This document shows, in pieces, positions 21,170 to 29,573 of a stretch of 64,000 nucleotides of DNA. The translations under genes were made by a program, and so were the position numbers. Each line of letters begins with the position of its first letter. The first letter of the stretch is position 1. Source of the DNA: Nitrososphaerota archaeon (GTDB taxonomy: Archaea > Thermoproteota > Nitrososphaeria_A > Caldarchaeales > Calditenuaceae); assembly GCA_038845265.1 (NCBI GenBank), contig JAWBQR010000005.1, forward strand, positions 32,001-96,000, read 5' to 3'. The notes below the pieces were generated by a model. It saw only the letters and a program-made list of their open reading frames with translations. It made no database searches and was not told where the DNA came from.

Positions 21170-22084
21170 CTACTTTGCAAGCAGTTTGTAGAGGAGAGCT
21201 GCAGAGGTGTGCATTCTATTCTCGGCCTGATCAATTATTATTGATGACGGACCATACGCTACACTTTCCTCTACTTCCTCTCCAACCCTCATCGGCATAC
21301 AGTGCATAAATTTAGCATCTTTTTTTGCCAGGCTCATCAGCCTCTCATTAACCTGATACTTAGGAATGAATACCTTAGTTCTTGTCTCTCTTTCCTGCTC
21401 CTGTCCCATCGAGACAAAAACGTCTGTATAAATGAAGTCTGCATCCCTAACTGCTTCTTCTGGATCGTCAGTAAATACAACATTGGCTCTTGACTCTTCT
21501 GCCCATTTGTATGCCTGTGCCTTGATAGCTTCATTAACTTGATACCCAATAGGCGAAGCCACGGATATGTCTACACCGACTAATGAACATATCTGCACAA
21601 GTGACGTACAGACATTATTGCCATCCCCTACGTATGCTACCTTTACATGTTTCTTTCCTACACTATACTCGAAAATCGTCATTAGGTCTGCGAGGGCTTG
21701 GCATGGGTGATGCTTGTCGGAGAGAGCGTTAATTACAGGAACCGAGCTGTGATTTGCCAGCTCGGTAATTGTGGAGTGGCTGATTACTCTCGCCACTATT
21801 GCGTCAACATACCTAGAGAGCACCATGGCTGTATCTTTTATTGGTTCTCCTCTAGCTAGTTGGAGCTCTCCTGATGAGAGAAAGATTGCATCTCCGCCCA
21901 GCTTGTGGATTGCTGAGGTGAAGGAGACTCTTGTACGTGTTGACGGCTTCTCAAAGATCAGGGCGACTATTTTGCCTTTTAATGAGGTGGCTGGGTATCC
22001 TCGCTTCTTGAATCTTGTGGCTATTTTGATTATTTCTAGGATCTCTTCCTTTTTTGTGTCTGTAAATTCTAGGAGGTGTTTCAT
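21170..22084 (-). CDS. argF: Ornithine carbamoyltransferase
   Basis: FEKPSTRT, HPCQALAD, GDGNNV, YTDVFVSMG, HCMP, QAENRMH. Confidence 0.96.
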   Translation of the reverse strand: MKHLLEFTDTKKEEILEIIKIATRFKKRGYPATSLKGKIVALIFEKPSTRTRVSFTSAIHKLGGDAIFLSSGELQLARGEPIKDTAMVLSRYVDAIVARVISHSTITELANHSSVPVINALSDKHHPCQALADLMTIFEYSVGKKHVKVAYVGDGNNVCTSLVQICSLVGVDISVASPIGYQVNEAIKAQAYKWAEESRANVVFTDDPEEAVRDADFIYTDVFVSMGQEQERETRTKVFIPKYQVNERLMSLAKKDAKFMHCMPMRVGEEVEESVAYGPSSIIIDQAENRMHTSAALLYKLLAK

Positions 22085-22169
22085 TCTTTTTCGGTTATTT
22101 AATTGTGACGTGGTTGGATTTATTTTTATTTATTGCTGCTTGGTAATCCTTAACACTAAGTCATGCTAG

Positions 22170-23930
22170 TTGTGTTTGGTATCTGGCATGTCTGGTAATG
22201 AAGCTCGTGAGGCCAGGTTTTCCAGCGAGTTGCTCGGGATACTTAGTGCCCTTTCGGCTCCTGAGAGACTTAGGATTCTCCTGGCGCTTGAAAGTGGTGG
22301 CCTGAGCTATTCTGAGCTTATGAAGACTGTTGGGATGAGTAGGAGACGTGATTTGGGGAGATTTTCTTATCACTTGAGGAGGCTGCTTGAGGTTGGTCTT
22401 GTCGAGGTTGATAGGGAGTCGAGGCTTTATAGGCTCAGCAGTGCTGGGTTTTCCGTCATTGAGCTGCTTAGGAATCTTTCGCTGAGGGTTGATCTGGGTG
22501 GTGGGTTGTTTGTTCGGAGATGGTTGTCTGTGGTTGAGCCTTTTGATAAGCTTAGGATTATTGATTCACTGGTCAGGGAGGCTGGTGTTCCTGTTAGAGT
22601 TGCGAGTAGGGTTGCGGGGAGGGTTGAGGACGAGTTGGTTAGGTTGGGTCTGGGGACGGTTGATTCGCCTGTCGTCAGGTGTCTTGTCGGTTATGAGCTT
22701 TTGAATCGTGGCCTTTTAGGGCATCTTTCGAGGTATGTTCAGGTCGGTCCGAGTCTTTATGATGTTTCTGGTCTTTTTAGGAGGAGTTTAGCTTCTGGTG
22801 ATTCTTTGGTTGTTGAGGATTTTGTTGATGATGTTTTGGGTGGTTTTGTGTTTAGGAGGTTGTTTCCTAGGGGGCTTGCTGAGTTTTGTTATGGTGGGGT
22901 GGTTGGGGTTTATCGTCCTGGTTCTTGGGTTAATGCTTTTCTCGGGTTTGGTCTTCTGTCTGATGGGGGGATTGTTGGTGTTGACGGGTTGATGAGCTTG
23001 TTGGTGCGTTCTAGGGTTGTTAGGGATGAGTTGGTTGTGGGTGGTAGGGAGGTTTCGTGGGAGGTTGTTGATAAGTTTGTGGATTTGTTGAGGAGTGTTC
23101 GTTGTGGGCGTGTGGGTTATAGTGTTTGTTCGTCGGCTGGTGTCTTTGTTGGGAGAGGTGGTTTTCCTAGCGAGTTTGGTAGGGCTGGTGATTTGATGTG
23201 TTCGTTTTCCTTGTTGGGTGGTTCGTTTGCTGTTTCTCGGCTTGTTGATGATTGTTTGCTTTTTGATTCTTTTGGTCTCTTTGGGCTTGGTGGGTCTTTG
23301 AGTGTTTTTGTTGGTGGGTTGTTTGGTGTGAATCTTGCTGGCTTGTTTCTGAGGAGTGATGGTCGTCTTGATCTTGTCTTGCAGCGGCTTAGGGAGGTGT
23401 TGCGTCAGGTTGTTCAGGCCGTATTGAAGAGGCATGGCTTTTTGGGTCGTATGCATCGTGATTTGGGCGGTGGGTCTTGTTATTATTTGGTGGCTCCTGT
23501 TGGGCTTCGAGAGGTCTTGGATCGTATTGTTGTTGAGAGGTCGCTGGGGGAGGCTCTTGGGTTCCTTAGGGATGTTTTGTCGGTGTTTAGGGATGTGTTG
23601 TCTGGTTCTTCTGGTAGGAGAGTTAGGGTTTCTGTGGCTTCTGTGTGGCCTAGGGATTTGTCTGAGTTTCTGTATCAGCGTGATGGTGCGTCTTTTGGTT
23701 CTCAGACTGTCGCGAGGTTTGTGGGGCCGGCTGGTGTCTATTCTGACAGCTTGTTTGGGTTTTCGTCGCCTATTTTTAGGGAGGGGGCGCGTGATGTGGC
23801 TGGGTATTTTGATTCTGGGCTTGTCGTTCCGGTTGATTTCTCTGTACTGGGTCAGGGCGGGTCGATGGATGAGTTGTTGGGTTTGTTTGAGACGATTGAT
23901 AACTTGGTCTTGAGGTTTAGGCGGGTCTAG
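22170..23930 (+). CDS. ArsR-type HTH + ATP-cone + degenerate class III ribonucleotide reductase-like fusion protein
   Basis: ALSAPERLRILLAL...FSYHLRRL (HTH); VEPFDKLRIIDSLVREAG (ATP cone); GVNLAGLF and VAPVGLRE resemble NrdD core segments; no C-terminal glycyl-radical loop. True start may be ATG 22188. Confidence 0.75.
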   Translation: MCLVSGMSGNEAREARFSSELLGILSALSAPERLRILLALESGGLSYSELMKTVGMSRRRDLGRFSYHLRRLLEVGLVEVDRESRLYRLSSAGFSVIELLRNLSLRVDLGGGLFVRRWLSVVEPFDKLRIIDSLVREAGVPVRVASRVAGRVEDELVRLGLGTVDSPVVRCLVGYELLNRGLLGHLSRYVQVGPSLYDVSGLFRRSLASGDSLVVEDFVDDVLGGFVFRRLFPRGLAEFCYGGVVGVYRPGSWVNAFLGFGLLSDGGIVGVDGLMSLLVRSRVVRDELVVGGREVSWEVVDKFVDLLRSVRCGRVGYSVCSSAGVFVGRGGFPSEFGRAGDLMCSFSLLGGSFAVSRLVDDCLLFDSFGLFGLGGSLSVFVGGLFGVNLAGLFLRSDGRLDLVLQRLREVLRQVVQAVLKRHGFLGRMHRDLGGGSCYYLVAPVGLREVLDRIVVERSLGEALGFLRDVLSVFRDVLSGSSGRRVRVSVASVWPRDLSEFLYQRDGASFGSQTVARFVGPAGVYSDSLFGFSSPIFREGARDVAGYFDSGLVVPVDFSVLGQGGSMDELLGLFETIDNLVLRFRRV

Positions 23931-23931
23931 T

Positions 23932-24321
23932 TTATCTCTGGGTTGTTGTTTTTAGGGCTAGTATTGCTTTGGCTAGGTCTCCTCCTGCCTCTATTAGCGC
24001 TGTTCTTGCCTGTTCTTCTGTTACGCCTGCCTGCATTGCTACTATTGCTATGTCTTCGGGTGTTGGTTCGTAGGTTGGCTGCTTGGACTCGGGCTGCGGT
24101 GTCTCTTCTATTTCTTCGCCTCCTATTATTTGATAGACTCTGCCTGCGGCTGTGTCTAGTGATACTATGTTTGGGTTGTTTATTCTGATTTTTTTGTCTG
24201 TTAGTGTTATTGTTACTTCTATTGCGGTTCCTAGTTCTTTCATCGAGATGCCGAGGCTGCTCATCATTCTTTCCTGCATTCTTCTTAGGTCTCTGGGTCC
24301 TATGCGTATTTGCTTCTTCAA
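23932..24321 (-). CDS. nac: Nascent polypeptide-associated complex protein
   Basis: PRDLRRM..RM, YQIIG, EDIAIVAMQAGV...GDLAKAIL (UBA). Confidence 0.93.
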   Translation of the reverse strand: MKKQIRIGPRDLRRMQERMMSSLGISMKELGTAIEVTITLTDKKIRINNPNIVSLDTAAGRVYQIIGGEEIEETPQPESKQPTYEPTPEDIAIVAMQAGVTEEQARTALIEAGGDLAKAILALKTTTQR

Positions 24322-24680
24322 TCCCTATTGCACCTCTTTTATTACTCTTGTAAGTATGCTTTATCTGTTCTCTAGGGTGTTGTATTCCGCTCTGTAGGGG
24401 AGAGGTGTTAAGCATTCGTGATTTTTTGAAAAATTGCTTAACATTCTACCTCTCTCGCTCGTGATTAATACTTTGTAGTTTTTCTTTGCCTTTAACTGTC
24501 CTTGGATTATTCATCTCTCATCTATCTATAATTTAATTCCTGACTGTTTATATTTATTGAGACATGATTAATTATTTATTTCTTTGCCGTTGATGATGTT
24601 GTTGTAGTTAATGTGCTTCATTTTTTACATCATCGGGAGTATGAGTATATTTATAATGGAGTGCGGCAAGTGTTAGATAA

Positions 24681-25277
24681 ATGTCAAAAAGCTATTATGA
24701 GGCTTCGATAAATAGATTTCCGAGCAAGTATTGGCATAGGATGATTATAAATAATGCAAAATTTATGATTCAAAAATATAATATTTCTTCTCCTCTACTT
24801 GACTTGGGTTGTGGAGATGGAGTTAGGACTCGGCTAATTTTCGATAAAGACTTCGTGGTGCATGGCGTAGATAATGATCCTGAAATGATAGAATTCGCTA
24901 GAAGGAGACTTGATAAGGTATATTTAGGCAATATGGAGGATCCGCCTCCTGAGATTCTGAATAATAAGTATGGGACGATCCTCATAATGGAGAGCTTAGA
25001 GCATGTAAGAAATCCCGAAAAGGTTTTACGATTAGCCAATGAGTTATTAACAGATGATGGAGTATTATTAGTAATTGTTCCGCTGAATACACTTTTGTTT
25101 AGACTTATCTGGTGGATATGGACTAGGACTATGGGAAAGAAGTGGAAACATTTACACATACATAATTTTAAATCACCTAAACAATTATTTACTCTTCTTG
25201 AAAGATGGTTTAGAGTCGTTGAATACAAGAGAACAAACTTTGGTTGTATATTGATAGCGATTTGTAAGAAGCGATGA
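24681..25277 (+). CDS. Class I SAM-dependent methyltransferase
   Basis: LLDLGCGDG, ESLEHV, GVLLVIVP; AT-rich. Confidence 0.85.
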   Translation: MSKSYYEASINRFPSKYWHRMIINNAKFMIQKYNISSPLLDLGCGDGVRTRLIFDKDFVVHGVDNDPEMIEFARRRLDKVYLGNMEDPPPEILNNKYGTILIMESLEHVRNPEKVLRLANELLTDDGVLLVIVPLNTLLFRLIWWIWTRTMGKKWKHLHIHNFKSPKQLFTLLERWFRVVEYKRTNFGCILIAICKKR

Positions 25278-25336
25278 AGTCAGTAAAATATTCTTTCTGC
25301 TAAGTTATTGCTGTGTCTACGCTTTGTTTTTGTGAC

Positions 25337-25972
25337 TTAAGTTTTTTGTTTCAGGTAAATCTTGCTTCCTACAATAGAATTGTTTGGTATCAACACTTTT
25401 GTGCCATCACTCTTTATAACTATTGTGAATAACGTTGATACCTCATCGACGACGCCTTCTTCTCCACCTAGAACGACGAGATCGCCTATTTTGTATGGCC
25501 TAGTTATTAGGAGAAAGAATCCAGCAATTGCTTGTCCTAATACTTGCTGGGAGGCGAAGCCTATCACTATGCCTAGGAAGCCTCCTAGGGCGACACCTGC
25601 AGCGCCTCCAGCCACGCCACCCGCAATGGATGCAACTAGTGCTCCAATGCCTATGATCTTTACGAGGTTCCTGACAGCTGCAGCTGTGGCGTGGTCGTAT
25701 TTCGACCTTAAAGACCAATAAAAGAATATTCCAACACTATTTACAATTAGGTATCCGAAGGCTAATGCGAGGAGCACGTGCACATATCCCATATACTCAG
25801 TAATGTTTATTCCAAGCGATGGTAGGAAGCTACTAGAGAACCATTGAAGAATCGCTGCTACGACTATGTATAAGACTATGTATATGATAATTCTTGCCAT
25901 CGAGGTTGTTGTCTTTTTCGCCACCTCAGTCCTACTAATATGTTCTGATGATGTAGACAATTCAGTACTCAT
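25337..25972 (-). CDS. Small mechanosensitive channel (MscS family)
   Basis: GIVIGFASQ, RPYKIGD, G.KVLIPN. Confidence 0.9.
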   Translation of the reverse strand: MSTELSTSSEHISRTEVAKKTTTSMARIIIYIVLYIVVAAILQWFSSSFLPSLGINITEYMGYVHVLLALAFGYLIVNSVGIFFYWSLRSKYDHATAAAVRNLVKIIGIGALVASIAGGVAGGAAGVALGGFLGIVIGFASQQVLGQAIAGFFLLITRPYKIGDLVVLGGEEGVVDEVSTLFTIVIKSDGTKVLIPNNSIVGSKIYLKQKT

Positions 25973-26083
25973 AATTCACCTATAATACTTCACGAAGATG
26001 ATATATTTGTCTTCTTGTTTTTGCTTCGGAGCCTCGGGCAAGGGTTAATAGTTATTATCAGTTCCAGTATCACTGGAGCCGCT

Positions 26084-27346
26084 TTGGTGGATGTCTCTGA
26101 TTTGAGGGTCATTATTCCTGTTGGGGGCGAGGCTAAGCGTCTGAAGCCCCTCACTGCCGAGGTCTCTAAGGCCTTGGTAAGGTTTCTGAATAAGCCGCTT
26201 GTCGAGCATGCAATGGCCAAGTTAGCATCTCAGGGTGTTCGTGAATTCATATTCGGCGTCAAGGGATACATAAACTATAAGAGCCTATACGACTATTTTC
26301 AGGACGGCGCAGGATTCTCTGCACGATACAGACTTGGTCATCGAGTCCGTATTTTTTATCAGCCCAACATCGACGATTTGGGGAGCGCAGACTCCGTCAG
26401 GCTCAACATGGAGTTCTATAACATTGATGACTACTTGATGGTTATTCAGGGGGACAATATTTTTGACATTGACATTCGGAGGATACTTTCTTTTCACGTA
26501 GAGAGTGGAGCCTTAATGACAATCGGCCTCACAAAAGTCACTGATGTTGAGAGATATGGAATAGCTGAGCTTAATGATGATTCTAGAATCTGTAGGTTTA
26601 TTGAGAAGCCAAAGAGATACGAGACCCAGTCAAGACTCGCAAATACTGGAATATACATACTCTCACCGGAGATGCGCAAGATTCTTTCTGGAGATAAAGT
26701 GATGAGAGTTCTGAAGGAGAGGCAGAGGCTTGACTTTGGAATGGACCTCATACCAATGCTCGTCGATGATGGCTACCCGGTATATGGCTACATACTACCC
26801 GGCGAATGGTACGACGTCGGCACACCAGAGACATATTTAGACTCGATGATAAAGCTGATCAATAGAGACGACGCGTCTGATTATCTGGGAGAGCCTATAG
26901 AACCTTCTGTGAAGATATGGATACAGGCTCATGACGTGGAAGAACGACGGAATAGGGAGAACCTCCTAAAAAAGATCCGAGATGGGAGTATAAGAATTGA
27001 GGGCGCCGCCCTCATTGGGAGGCACTGCCAGATTGGAGAAAACGTAGTCATTAAGGATTCATGCATCGATAATTTCTCGATAATTCTCGACGAAGCAGTA
27101 GTTGAGAGGTCGGCGATACTTGATAGAACTATCGTTGGAGAGGCTGCAGAGATACGCGACGCCATAATATCTAGGCACGTAAAGATTTCATCATCAAGGA
27201 ATAACCCAACCCGAGTAGACGGAGTCAGCGTAATCGGAGACGACTCCACGATTGGTGAGGGATGCATAATTTCAGGAACGAAGATCTATCCCCACATAGT
27301 TATTCCATCCTTCAGTATGCTTAGAAATATTACGATAACTAGTTGA
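26084..27346 (+). CDS. NDP-sugar pyrophosphorylase with left-handed beta-helix
   Basis: IIPVGGEAKRLKPLT..SK, FIEKP, WYDVGT; start TTG 26084 or GTG 26087. Confidence 0.9.
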   Translation: MVDVSDLRVIIPVGGEAKRLKPLTAEVSKALVRFLNKPLVEHAMAKLASQGVREFIFGVKGYINYKSLYDYFQDGAGFSARYRLGHRVRIFYQPNIDDLGSADSVRLNMEFYNIDDYLMVIQGDNIFDIDIRRILSFHVESGALMTIGLTKVTDVERYGIAELNDDSRICRFIEKPKRYETQSRLANTGIYILSPEMRKILSGDKVMRVLKERQRLDFGMDLIPMLVDDGYPVYGYILPGEWYDVGTPETYLDSMIKLINRDDASDYLGEPIEPSVKIWIQAHDVEERRNRENLLKKIRDGSIRIEGAALIGRHCQIGENVVIKDSCIDNFSIILDEAVVERSAILDRTIVGEAAEIRDAIISRHVKISSSRNNPTRVDGVSVIGDDSTIGEGCIISGTKIYPHIVIPSFSMLRNITITS

Positions 27347-27406
27347 ATCATCTCTTTTTCAAGAGGCATAGATTAGGATAAATACGGGGCAGGATTAGTT
27401 ATTCAC

Positions 27407-27790
27407 GTGGCCTCGCCCCGAGTTAGGACAAACCCCCAAAAGCCCTCACCGACAAAGCCAAGGCAGAAATCAAACATCATCGAGCGAGTCGAGAGATACG
27501 AGTTCATCGAAGGCTACGGCGAGATCATAAGAAAGGCAAGAGAGAAGCTCGGGATGACTAGAGAAGAGCTCGGCGCACTAATTCAGGACAAGGCATCAGT
27601 CATCAAGAAGATAGAGAACGAAGAGCTAAAGCCGACCATAGAGCAGGCAAAGAAATTAGAGAAAACACTTAAGGTCAAGATTCTCGTAGAGGTCTCCGAA
27701 GAAGTCGAGGAGCTCTTCAAGCCTCCGAAGACTAAGCCGACTGGAGTTACGCTCGGCGACCTCATGAGAAGCCAAGAAAAAGAGAGATAA
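27407..27790 (+). CDS. Archaeal multiprotein bridging factor 1 (aMBF1), HTH part only
   Basis: YGEIIRKAREKLGMTREEL, KIEN.ELKP, TLGD; adjacent to hflX. Confidence 0.85.
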   Translation: MASPRVRTNPQKPSPTKPRQKSNIIERVERYEFIEGYGEIIRKAREKLGMTREELGALIQDKASVIKKIENEELKPTIEQAKKLEKTLKVKILVEVSEEVEELFKPPKTKPTGVTLGDLMRSQEKER

Positions 27791-27836
27791 CGATTTAAAG
27801 AGCGCTAGACATATATGATATTCAGAGGGCAGGTGA

Positions 27837-29120
27837 GTGTTAGCGACGAGGGGCAGGGTAGCCATCGTCCACAGGGCATATCCGTGGGAAGAATCAAACC
27901 TAAACGAGCTTGAAGAACTATGCAACACGGCCGGCTACGAGGTGGTCTATAGACTCTTCCAGAGAAGATACCCCCACCCAGAGTACAACATAGGCCCCTC
28001 AAAGCTAGGAGAGCTCAAACAAGCCGTCAAGAACCTCGGGATATCCAAGGTAATATTCGAGAACGAGCTCAAGCCCCTCCAAGAATACAACCTCGCAAAG
28101 ATACTCTCAGTCGAGGTCATAACCAGGATCCGACTCATACTCGAGATCTTTACACAGCACGCCTCAAACCTCGAGGCAAAGCTCCAGATAAAGCTGGCCG
28201 AGCTCAAGTATGAATTACCGAGGGCGAGGGAGAAGGTAAAACTCGCAAAGAGGGGAGAGCAGCCAGGCTTCCACGGCCTCGGAGCATACGAGGCAGACGT
28301 CTACTACGAGGAGATCAATAGAAGAATTCATAAGTTATCAGAAAAACTCGAGGAGATTAAGAGGAAGAAACTCAGCGCGAATCTCCAGAGGAGGGTCGAG
28401 GGCATCCCGGTCATCTCGCTGGCTGGATACACAAATGCGGGGAAGACCACTCTCTTCAACACGCTCACCGGCTACGAAGCAGAGGTCTCGCCACAGATGT
28501 TCACGACACTCTCAACGAAGAGGCGATTAGCAAAGATTGATGGGAAACCAGTATACGTATCAGACACGGTTGGATTCATAAAGAATGTCCCGACCCTGCT
28601 CATATCATCATTCATGTCGACGCTGATGGAGATAGCTGAGGCAGACCTAATACTCCTAGTCATAGACGCGTCGGAACCCGTCGAGACAATGAGGGAGAAG
28701 CTCGACGCCTCGCTCAGCACCCTCAGACAGATAGGCGTGACAAACACGCCGATAATAATCGTCCTAAACAAGAACGACATAGCACCACCAACAAACCTTG
28801 AAGAGGCAGCTAAAGTGATTGGTCAGAGCTACCCAGTCATAAACATCTCTGCGAAGAGAGGAGACAACATCGAGGGGCTCCACCGAGTAGTCTCCCAGTT
28901 CCTGAACAGCTTCGTCCTCTTCAAGGCAAGCCTCACCTACAGTGACGAGGCAAAATGGCTACTACAGCAGGCATACATGAAGGGACGCGTAATAGACCTA
29001 AAGTACCAGGACAGCACGATCGAGATAATCGCCGAGACACCACTAGTAGTCGCCGAGAAGATAAGGAGACTAACAAATCCCTCAGGATTCAGAATAATCA
29101 AGCAAGAATCAGATCAGTAG
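27837..29120 (+). CDS. hflX: GTPase HflX
   Basis: EAKLQIKLAEL.Y, GYTNAGKT, DTVGFI, NKND. Confidence 0.96.
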   Translation: MLATRGRVAIVHRAYPWEESNLNELEELCNTAGYEVVYRLFQRRYPHPEYNIGPSKLGELKQAVKNLGISKVIFENELKPLQEYNLAKILSVEVITRIRLILEIFTQHASNLEAKLQIKLAELKYELPRAREKVKLAKRGEQPGFHGLGAYEADVYYEEINRRIHKLSEKLEEIKRKKLSANLQRRVEGIPVISLAGYTNAGKTTLFNTLTGYEAEVSPQMFTTLSTKRRLAKIDGKPVYVSDTVGFIKNVPTLLISSFMSTLMEIAEADLILLVIDASEPVETMREKLDASLSTLRQIGVTNTPIIIVLNKNDIAPPTNLEEAAKVIGQSYPVINISAKRGDNIEGLHRVVSQFLNSFVLFKASLTYSDEAKWLLQQAYMKGRVIDLKYQDSTIEIIAETPLVVAEKIRRLTNPSGFRIIKQESDQ

Positions 29121-29414
29121 TCCGAGATATATGAGGATTGAGAGCTCACTCAATAGGAGGATAAGCAAGATGATTATGCCTGGGCTGAGGCGCCTCCTAC
29201 CCTCTGGCTTCATTCCAAAGAAAAAATGGTCAAAAAACCAGTAATAAACATTGTGAATCTAGAACTTAGAATATTATTCATGAATTTTTTCTAAATTATT
29301 CTAGAAATACTAGAATCGGTATAAGATTCTTCAGAATTCCCTTGGATTGACTAAACATTCTTCACTTATAGGCATAGATATATATCTCTGGAGGGTGAAT
29401 ATTGCTACGTGGCC

Positions 29415-29573
29415 ATGTTTAGGAGGGAGGACCTCTACTGGGAGAGGCTGAGAGGTCCTTCACCCATAATGCCGTCAGACATCGAGCATCTTGTACGCGA
29501 GATACAGATACTTAAAGCCGAGATACAAAAGATAAAGAAGGCACTCGAGGAAAGAGGAATCAAGATAGATTAG
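29415..29573 (+). CDS. Small hypothetical coiled-coil protein (52 aa)
   Basis: Hand-translated MFRREDLYWERLRGPSPIMPSDIEHLVREIQILKAEIQKIKKALEERGIKID; GGAGGGTGA and TATA-like GATATATATC upstream; alternative GTG start 29409. Confidence 0.65.
   Translation: MFRREDLYWERLRGPSPIMPSDIEHLVREIQILKAEIQKIKKALEERGIKID

Noticed and set aside
22489-24415. Several long alternative-frame ORFs (22788-23456 -, 23434-23913 +, 23927-24415 -, others)
   Set aside because: Low-complexity T/K/Q/P/N or L/V/W/G translations; by-products of the G+T skew suppressing stop codons
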